This document shows, piece after piece, positions 7,626-13,527 of a stretch of 13,527 nucleotides of DNA. The stretch is from a virus (taxonomy: Duplodnaviria > Heunggongvirae > Uroviricota > Caudoviricetes). The notes below the pieces were generated by a model. The model saw nothing but the letters and a program-made list of their open reading frames with translations. It did no database searches and was not told the origin of the DNA. The position numbers were made by a program, and so were the translations under genes. Position 1 is the first letter of the stretch. Every line of letters starts with the position of its first letter. Where the stretch lies: the IMG/VR virus record IMGVR_UViG_3300000553_000021, positions 1 through 13,527 of that record, one strand, 5' to 3'.

Positions 7626-9296
7626 ATGAAAAAATTATTAGGATTGGTATGGGTATTTTTATTAATATCTCTATCATCTTTTAGTCAATTAGTAATTAAC
7701 CAATCTTACTCACCATCAACTAATTTGAAAGTTGGTGATACCATTACGGTAACTTATAATGTGAGTGGAGCATCCAGAGCAAGATATGTGTGGTTAAGAT
7801 ATCAATACAATTCAGCAGCAATGAGTATGGTATCTAACAGCACTACATTTGGACAAGGTAACTCTACTCAAACATATTTTTATGAGTGGACAAATTATAT
7901 ATTCAATCCAAACGCAAATTCAGCAACAACTGATTTGTATGGACAATATGGACATACACCTTGGAATTATGTATCAACAACTGGAAACAATGTTGGACAA
8001 TTGACAGTTCAAAGAACGGATAAAGCAATTACAGGAACATTAGCAACTCAAAAATTTGTATTAAAAGATATCGCTTCTTATTCAAATGTTCACAAATTGG
8101 ATTTAGCATATGCGTTGGATAGTGCAACTGGAGCAAACATATCAAGTGTAACAACAACACAATCTACACTTTCATTAGGAACTGTCACAGGAGCAACATC
8201 GGCATTTACTATTAAAGTATTATATCCATCAACATATACAAATATTAATCAACACAATGTTCAATTGATGCATGTTAAAGCAGATGGTAGTATTGATTGG
8301 ACTCAACAACCAATTAAAGTAGGTTCATTGGATGCAAGTGGTATGGTAACATTCACATCTGGTATTAAAGTGGGTGATAGTGTTGGTGTATTTATTACTC
8401 CAGCTTATCAAAAAACATTTATGGATAATATTGTGACTGTTGCAGATGCATATAAAGCATTCTTAGGCATTTCACAAACCGATATTACCGGTGCACAAAC
8501 ATATTGGACATATCCTAAATTGGAAAAAATGATTGGTATGGTTGGTAAAGGTGATACTGCATTTACTGAAAAAGACCCTTATTATTTATTTGCATATGTA
8601 ATGGGGCAAGATATGAGTTCAGTAGCAAATATCCCGACATCAACTGCAACAAATATAGCATGGCATAGTGGATTATTAAATCAAAGTTGGTTAGATGGCA
8701 CACCTACTTATAGAATTTATGTAACTTCACCAAATCAAACAGTCAACGCAGTATATGCATGGGGTGGTGATATGGCATTTAATGAATCTCCATCACCGGC
8801 ACAAATTAATGTAAGTATTAATAATGGTGTTTATACAAATTCTGATAAAGTAATACCAACAACTTCTGCTACAATTAAATCATTCTCAATTAAATCTAAT
8901 GCAACATTGGCATATGACCCAGCACCATTAGATACGGCAAACTTAAACATCAATTCATCAATTGTAAATGGTAAGGTAATTTTAACTGCTAATTTAACAA
9001 AACAAAACTTAGCAGGTTTACAAGTTATTATGAATTATGATTCTACTAAATTAAGTTTGGATAATGTAACATTTGATGCAGGAAGCACAATAACAAACTT
9101 TTCAACTCACAATAACGGAAGATTAACATTTGGTTCAATTGACCAGATTAAAACTGCTAGAATTAAAACAGGAACTCCGTATACATTGACATTTACTCCA
9201 AAAGTTCCTTTATCAAATACGGCAGGTTTATTCTTCTTTGTATTGGCTGATGCAGTTGATGCAAGTGGTAATAAAATTAACCTGAATATTGAGTAA
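7626..9296 (+). CDS. Secreted protein: cohesin-like / beta-sandwich / degenerate dockerin-like / cohesin-like
   Basis: Sec signal MKKLLGLVWVFLLISLSSFS|Q. N-terminal LKVGDTITVTYNV...WLRYQYNSAAM cohesin-like start. Central VTVADAYKAF and AWGGD motifs. C-terminal AGLQVIMNYDSTKLSL...LTFGS...YTLTF...DAVDASG cohesin-like domain. Ser/Thr/Asn-rich. Confidence 0.65.
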   Translation: MKKLLGLVWVFLLISLSSFSQLVINQSYSPSTNLKVGDTITVTYNVSGASRARYVWLRYQYNSAAMSMVSNSTTFGQGNSTQTYFYEWTNYIFNPNANSATTDLYGQYGHTPWNYVSTTGNNVGQLTVQRTDKAITGTLATQKFVLKDIASYSNVHKLDLAYALDSATGANISSVTTTQSTLSLGTVTGATSAFTIKVLYPSTYTNINQHNVQLMHVKADGSIDWTQQPIKVGSLDASGMVTFTSGIKVGDSVGVFITPAYQKTFMDNIVTVADAYKAFLGISQTDITGAQTYWTYPKLEKMIGMVGKGDTAFTEKDPYYLFAYVMGQDMSSVANIPTSTATNIAWHSGLLNQSWLDGTPTYRIYVTSPNQTVNAVYAWGGDMAFNESPSPAQINVSINNGVYTNSDKVIPTTSATIKSFSIKSNATLAYDPAPLDTANLNINSSIVNGKVILTANLTKQNLAGLQVIMNYDSTKLSLDNVTFDAGSTITNFSTHNNGRLTFGSIDQIKTARIKTGTPYTLTFTPKVPLSNTAGLFFFVLADAVDASGNKINLNIE

Positions 9297-11188
9297 TGAA
9301 GAAACTACTTCTTATATTATTTTTATTAATTAGTTCAATAATAACCTACTCTCAAGGAGTGGGTTATTTGAATTATACGGTCTATAATATTATTAGTAAT
9401 GGAGCAGGCCAATATGCTAATAATGCAAATGATTTTGTTAATATGTTTGATGTTACAAAGGGTGCAACGATTTATGCAAGTGGAACATCAACAGCAGCAA
9501 AAACATTATATTTCAATGGTAGTTGGCAACCTTCTGGACTTCCCAATGGGGCCAATTATACTGGTATTAAAATAACTGGATATTTTGTCCCAAAAGAAAC
9601 GGGAACATACATATTTGGTATTGATGGAGATGATGGTGTAGATTTTTCTTTGAATGGAAATGTTGTAACATCTTATTATGGACCACATGGATTTGGTGGT
9701 TATAGATATGGTTCGGTAAATTTAGTCGCAGGTCAATCTTATACCTTTATGGCAAGATTTGAAAACTGGGGTGGTGGATGGGGTATGTATTTAGTTTGGA
9801 AAAGACCTTCACAAACAACATACACAACTCAAGGAGATGAAGTATATTCAACTCCACCTGCATCACCAACTAAAAAGGGATTGGTTGATTTTAATTTCAA
9901 TACAAATATAGATGCAACTAAATTTTCAGTAGGAAATACATTGAGTTCAACAGGTACGGTTGATATTACAAATCAATTAGATAGTAATAAAATTGTAAAT
10001 GGATATAAAGCAGGAATTACCGCCGGACAAACCGAATGGAGTTATGTGAATATATCTAATGGAACAACAACTCTTTATATAGATTTAAGAGAATTTGGCA
10101 ACACAACACCATCGACAGTTAATAGTGTTTCAATATTGGATGTATATAATGGACCGGTAACATATCAAAGTAGTGATATCTATTGGGCACATTATACTAT
10201 TCCATCAACATTAACAAAAGTAACCGATGGTAGTTCAACATATAATTCAAATATAAGAAATGCCGGATATAATAATTATGCATTCTCTTGTAATGTAGGA
10301 TTTACAGCAAATCAAATATACAAACCACAGACAATATCAGTATCAACCACAAACAATTTAACAACATTGTATAATAGTATTGTGACTGTATCGGATGTTT
10401 ATCAAGCATTCCAAGAATATTCAAATCAAGGTTTATTCGGTAATCAAACTGGAACATCTTTTACATATGGTATTCAATATCAAAACGCAGACATAGATGG
10501 AAATGGTGTTTTTGATGAAAATGATTGTTTCTTATTATTACAAAATTTGACAGGTGCAAAACCATTGGTAGATACATTCAATCTAAACAAAACATTAAGA
10601 ATTATACCACAATCAACATACGATATGATTGGTAAATCAAATTGGAATACTTTTACAAATCCATTAGGTAGTTCATATACATTTGATATAAACACAGGTA
10701 AATCAACTGATACTATAAATTTAGCAGTAGCTTGGAAAGGTGATGTAAACTTATCACATTCAACAACACCTATATCGAATAGTTATACAACAATGGCATT
10801 AAAATCAACGAGTATTACCAATCAAATCAATGCATCTATCTTAACTGAAATGGTGGGTGATAGTATTTACGCATATATTACCATAGATCCATTGACACAA
10901 TCTTTAGTTGGTACACAATTCCAATTAAACTATGATAATTCTTTGTTAAAGTTTAATGGAGTAAAGTTCACTACAAAAGGTTCACCTACTAATTACGCAA
11001 CTGATAAGGGTACTTATATTAGTGTAGGTTCATTACTTACAAATGGTGGTACTTTGGATAATACAACACAATACACACTATCATTTTTAGCTAATACAAA
11101 GTTGGATAATATATTGGGGTTAATATCAATAGGTGCAACGGATGCAGTTAATCAAAATGGAACACAATTAAAAGTGGTGGTAAACTAA
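9296..11188 (+). CDS. Secreted PA14 (GLEYA-like) lectin-domain protein with dockerin-like EF-hand and C-terminal cohesin-like domain
   Basis: Sec signal MKKLLLILFLLISSIITYS|Q. PA14 pattern ITGYFVPKETGTYIFGIDGDDGVDFSLNG...GSVNLVAGQSY...FENWGGG...LVWKRP. Dockerin-type ADIDGNGVFDENDCFLLL (about 10487-10540). AWKGDVN. C-terminal VGTQFQLNYDNSLLKF...DAVNQNG cohesin-like domain. Confidence 0.75.
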   Translation: MKKLLLILFLLISSIITYSQGVGYLNYTVYNIISNGAGQYANNANDFVNMFDVTKGATIYASGTSTAAKTLYFNGSWQPSGLPNGANYTGIKITGYFVPKETGTYIFGIDGDDGVDFSLNGNVVTSYYGPHGFGGYRYGSVNLVAGQSYTFMARFENWGGGWGMYLVWKRPSQTTYTTQGDEVYSTPPASPTKKGLVDFNFNTNIDATKFSVGNTLSSTGTVDITNQLDSNKIVNGYKAGITAGQTEWSYVNISNGTTTLYIDLREFGNTTPSTVNSVSILDVYNGPVTYQSSDIYWAHYTIPSTLTKVTDGSSTYNSNIRNAGYNNYAFSCNVGFTANQIYKPQTISVSTTNNLTTLYNSIVTVSDVYQAFQEYSNQGLFGNQTGTSFTYGIQYQNADIDGNGVFDENDCFLLLQNLTGAKPLVDTFNLNKTLRIIPQSTYDMIGKSNWNTFTNPLGSSYTFDINTGKSTDTINLAVAWKGDVNLSHSTTPISNSYTTMALKSTSITNQINASILTEMVGDSIYAYITIDPLTQSLVGTQFQLNYDNSLLKFNGVKFTTKGSPTNYATDKGTYISVGSLLTNGGTLDNTTQYTLSFLANTKLDNILGLISIGATDAVNQNGTQLKVVVN

Positions 11189-11538
11189 TGAAATGGATTA
11201 AAATTATAATAGCTTGTTGTATCATTTTTATAATATCTTGTCAAAAAGTATTAGTAGCACCGGTACAAGTAAAAACTAATAATGTATTTGATAATGCACA
11301 AAATAGTATTACAAATGGACAGGAAATACAATTCAATTTAACTAAAGATGGGGTGTATACATTAAGTTTGACCGATACAATTACCAACCAAGTTGTGACA
11401 AGAGAAAGATTTAATGGACAAATTGGAATAAATAAAAAGAAAATATACACTAAAGGGATAGAAAGTAAATATTTATATCTGTTATTGGAAGATGTTACAA
11501 AAAATAAAATAAGTAAAACAACAATAATAATAAATTAA
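11188..11538 (+). CDS. Lipoprotein consisting of a T9SS-CTD/FlgD-Ig-like domain
   Basis: Lipoprotein signal ending IIS-C18. Body IQFNLTKDGVYTLSLTDTITNQVV...GIN...IYTKGIESKYLYLLL...KTTIIIN follows the type A CTD pattern (I.F.L...G...L...D..G.VV...G.....L..G.Y.....K.II.). Confidence 0.6.
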   Translation: MKWIKIIIACCIIFIISCQKVLVAPVQVKTNNVFDNAQNSITNGQEIQFNLTKDGVYTLSLTDTITNQVVTRERFNGQIGINKKKIYTKGIESKYLYLLLEDVTKNKISKTTIIIN

Positions 11539-11539
11539 A

Positions 11540-11920
11540 ATGAGAAGAATAGATAAAATATTAGGATTAGGATTTTTAGTATCTTTAATCGCATTGAGTT
11601 GTAGAAAATCAATCGATTCAGTAGTATCTAATCCTGCACAAAATCCATTAACAATTACATCTTCGGTAGGTGTAGCATTACAAACAACATTTGTAACAAC
11701 CGATGTTAAGATGAATGTTAAAAGTGATGCAGCACAGACTGTGACTGTAAAAATATTAGATATTGCAAATAGAGTAGTTTCTAAATCAACTTCTGATGTA
11801 GTAAGTGGAGATAACATATTGACGGTTTATGCAGCAGCATTACCAACAGCAGCTTATAGATTAGCAGTATATGATAGTAAAGGTAATTTATTGGCAATAA
11901 CAGATTTTAACAAAATATAA
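11540..11920 (+). CDS. Lipoprotein consisting of a T9SS-CTD (Por secretion tail)-like domain
   Basis: Lipoprotein signal ending ALS-C21. VKMNVKSDAAQTVTVKILDIANRVV...SGDNILTVYAAALPTAAYRLAV...TDFNKI closely follows the type A CTD consensus (V...I.D..GR.V; L..G.Y...; terminal K). Paralogous to the preceding gene. Confidence 0.68.
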   Translation: MRRIDKILGLGFLVSLIALSCRKSIDSVVSNPAQNPLTITSSVGVALQTTFVTTDVKMNVKSDAAQTVTVKILDIANRVVSKSTSDVVSGDNILTVYAAALPTAAYRLAVYDSKGNLLAITDFNKI

Positions 11921-11926
11921 CAATTT

Positions 11927-12292
11927 ATGGCAAAGGCAAAAAAAGAGCAAACACCAGAAGAGGTGATGGCTAAAAATGAAAAACACAATGATGGTACAAT
12001 GAGCGGTTTGAAAAAAACTATTATTGGTACAGTCGGTACATTGGTAACAGCAGGTGGTGCATTTTTAATGACATACTTACAAAAACCAAAAGAAGGGGAT
12101 GCTAAACAAGCTCAACCTCAAAGTATTAATATCAATATTCCAGCACAACAACAAGCAGCTGGTGGTAAGACGGTTATTATTAAAGAAAAAGGACCGGCTG
12201 ACAAAGATGTAAAAAAAGCAGAAAAATCAGAACAACCAAAACCTAAAAAGAAAGAGGGTGATGAGTTCAAAGAAAAACCTGCTCAATGGTAA
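11927..12292 (+). CDS. Single-pass membrane protein with low-complexity Lys/Glu/Pro/Gln tail
   Basis: One TM segment TIIGTVGTLVTAGGAFLMTYL. Short beta-like motifs SININIP and KTVIIKE. Charged, disordered C-terminus ending in Trp. Confidence 0.75.
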   Translation: MAKAKKEQTPEEVMAKNEKHNDGTMSGLKKTIIGTVGTLVTAGGAFLMTYLQKPKEGDAKQAQPQSININIPAQQQAAGGKTVIIKEKGPADKDVKKAEKSEQPKPKKKEGDEFKEKPAQW

Positions 12293-12387
12293 TATATTAT
12301 CAAATAGGAACGGTAATATTTTTTATAGGAATATTATCATTTCTTATTAGATGGTCTTTAAAAACACAAAACAAAACAAAGGAGTAA
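12286..12387 (+). CDS. Small single-TM protein (33 aa), not in ORF track
   Basis: ATG 12286 overlaps the upstream stop (ATGGTAA). Translates MVIYYQIGTVIFFIGILSFLIRWSLKTQNKTKE*: a 20-aa hydrophobic helix with a basic tail. It fills the otherwise unexplained 99-nt gap. Confidence 0.6.
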   Translation: MVIYYQIGTVIFFIGILSFLIRWSLKTQNKTKE

Positions 12388-12391
12388 CAAG

Positions 12392-12670
12392 ATGACTTTT
12401 AAGCAATGGGTAATTGACCTTTTCAAAGATGAAAGAGGTGCAATTTCAGTAAAACCAGTTATCGCATTTTTTGGTGCATTATTTTTATGTATCACTATGA
12501 TTGCGAATAGCTATTCTGCTAAAGATATCGCTCCATCTGATAAGTTAGTTGATGCTGTAATGGTTATAACTGCAATCGGTATGGGTGCTGATAGTTTAGA
12601 CAAATTCAGTAAGAAGGCGCCTGCAGATGAACCAACAACACCAGCAGCACCAACTGAAGAATTAGGTTAA
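12392..12670 (+). CDS. Two-TM membrane protein, holin-like
   Basis: Two hydrophobic segments (VIAFFGALFLCITMIANSY; LVDAVMVITAIGMGADSL), an N-terminal D..G..S.K motif and an acidic Pro/Ala tail. SD-like AAAGGAG at 12378-12384. No endolysin in the window, so holin function is unproven. Confidence 0.5.
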   Translation: MTFKQWVIDLFKDERGAISVKPVIAFFGALFLCITMIANSYSAKDIAPSDKLVDAVMVITAIGMGADSLDKFSKKAPADEPTTPAAPTEELG

Positions 12671-12687
12671 TAATTAATTAACATTAG

Positions 12688-12715
12688 AAACCCTCACAAT
12701 TAGTGGGGGTTTTTT
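12688..12715 (+). terminator. Rho-independent terminator closing the envelope-protein operon
   Basis: Stem AAACCCTCAC / GTGGGGGTTT (one G-U pair), loop AATTA, T-run 12710-12715. Confidence 0.88.
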
Positions 12716-12722
12716 ATTTATA
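12715..12722 (+). promoter_or_regulatory. Putative late-promoter core TATTTATA overlapping the terminator T-tract
   Basis: Same core as 951-958 and 6953-6960; 3 nt before ATG 12726. Confidence 0.42.
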
Positions 12723-12725
12723 CCT

Positions 12726-13421
12726 ATGAATAACTTATTAACAATAGTAATACCGTGTAAAAACGAAAAGGATAACATATATGAGTGTATTGGATTTATT
12801 GCAAAGCAAGTGGGGTTCGCAGGAACTAGAGTTATTATTGCAGATACTTCCGATGAAGGTGATAGCTTAGATTTTTTATATTATGTTAAACGAGATTTTA
12901 AGTATTGTTTAAATATTGAAATTATCGAAGGTGGATTTCCAGCTAAAGCACGTTTAGAAGGTAGTAAATTAGTAACTACACCTTATATTCTTTTTTTAGA
13001 TGCTGATATAATGTTGCAAAATAGATTTGTATTAGGTGAATGTTTAGCATATAATACAGATTTGGTGACAGTTCCATTTCAAACAGAAGAAGGGTTTAAT
13101 TGGATATTTCGTTTATTTGATATTCAACAAAAAATGAGTAATTGGTTAGGAACACCATTTGCCATAGGTGGATTTCAATTATGGAAAACTGAAGCATATT
13201 GGAAAACCGGTGGGTATGATGAAACACATTTATTTGCAGAAGATTATTGGGTATCACAAAAAGCAGATGTAATGAAACTACATAATACCAAAGGAGTATG
13301 GACATCGGCAAGAAGATTTAAAAATAAAGGATTTTTCTATATGTTTTTAATCAGTATAAAATGCTATATCAATCGAAACAACACAAATTTCTTTAAACAA
13401 CATCACAACTATTGGACATGA
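12726..13421 (+). CDS. Family 2 (GT-A) glycosyltransferase
   Basis: LTIVIPCKNE, VIIAD, LFLDADI (DxD), GGFQLW...GGYDE, AEDY, TSARRF. Confidence 0.92.
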   Translation: MNNLLTIVIPCKNEKDNIYECIGFIAKQVGFAGTRVIIADTSDEGDSLDFLYYVKRDFKYCLNIEIIEGGFPAKARLEGSKLVTTPYILFLDADIMLQNRFVLGECLAYNTDLVTVPFQTEEGFNWIFRLFDIQQKMSNWLGTPFAIGGFQLWKTEAYWKTGGYDETHLFAEDYWVSQKADVMKLHNTKGVWTSARRFKNKGFFYMFLISIKCYINRNNTNFFKQHHNYWT

Positions 13422-13527
13422 AATATCAGGCAGTAATCGTATCGGATTTACATTTAGGAACAAAAGATAGTAAAGCAGAAGAATTTTTAGATTTTATTGA
13501 ACAACATCCAACCGACCTTTTAATCCT
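13418..13527 (+). CDS. Partial calcineurin-like metallophosphoesterase, PlcP/LpxH2-like (N-terminus only)
   Basis: ATGA overlap with the GT2 stop. MKYQAVIVSDLHLGTKDSKAEEFLDFIEQHPTDLLI contains the DxHLG metal-binding motif and the A..(F/L)LDF..H pattern of LpxH2/PlcP proteins. Truncated by the window end. Confidence 0.75.
   Translation, partial: MKYQAVIVSDLHLGTKDSKAEEFLDFIEQHPTDLLI

Noticed and set aside
1694-11155. 14/15-nt match GA(C/T)GCAGTTAATCAA (DAVNQ) at 1694-1708 and 11141-11155
   Set aside because: Single short match between unrelated genes with no flanking similarity; likely coincidence.
11470-11477. Internal TATTTATA about 60 nt upstream of ATG 11540
   Set aside because: Within coding sequence (KYLY) in an AT-rich genome; cannot be distinguished from chance without TSS data.
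12392-12480. LFKDERGAISV resembles an Flp/Tad prepilin cleavage site
   Set aside because: No Glu at +5 (Lys-Pro follows), there is a second TM helix, and no pilus assembly genes are present.
914-13311. Minus-strand ORFs in the track (914-1114, 2118-2450, 2183-2458, 2877-3158, 3554-3739, 7139-7351, 9506-9688, 10480-10695, 11241-11450, 11482-11817, 13096-13311)
   Set aside because: All lie almost entirely antisense to well-supported + strand genes, are short and have no recognisable motifs; treated as shadow ORFs.
1-13527. Alternative genetic code (no called gene ends in TAG)
   Set aside because: The standard code already gives full-length, abutting genes with no in-frame TAG interruptions; TAA preference is expected at this AT content.
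1-13527. tRNA, rRNA, CRISPR array, curli-type amyloid repeats
   Set aside because: No intergenic space or repeat-spacer periodicity, and no CsgA-like repeats seen in the Asn/Ser/Thr-rich secreted proteins.

Overview
AT-rich, gene-dense, entirely + strand segment of a large T4-like (Caudoviricetes) phage genome. The host is most likely a Bacteroidota species (TTTG-N20-TATATTAG promoter, A-rich mostly SD-less leaders, Gln at +1 of signal peptides, T9SS-CTD-like domains). 1-6931 is a replication block: family-B DNA polymerase C-terminus, sliding clamp, a free-standing HNH/NUMOD3 homing endonuclease, an amino-type DNA methyltransferase, dUTPase, a possible GT-B protein, an RFC/gp44-like clamp loader, GroES, a Zn-ribbon protein and a gp62-like clamp-loader subunit. 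6981-12670 is a translationally coupled, terminator-closed operon in which every product is exported or membrane-bound. It encodes a possible CsgG-like protein, two paralogous secreted dockerin/cohesin-like proteins (one with a PA14 lectin domain), two lipoproteins that are little more than a T9SS-CTD-like domain, and three small membrane proteins (one missed by the ORF track). This operon is the best candidate for an undescribed system. Its first gene is preceded by a hairpin that hides the SD and AUG, with a putative late promoter in the loop. The window ends with a GT2 glycosyltransferase and the start of a PlcP/LpxH2-like metallophosphoesterase. All family calls come from motif recognition by eye; no searches were run.
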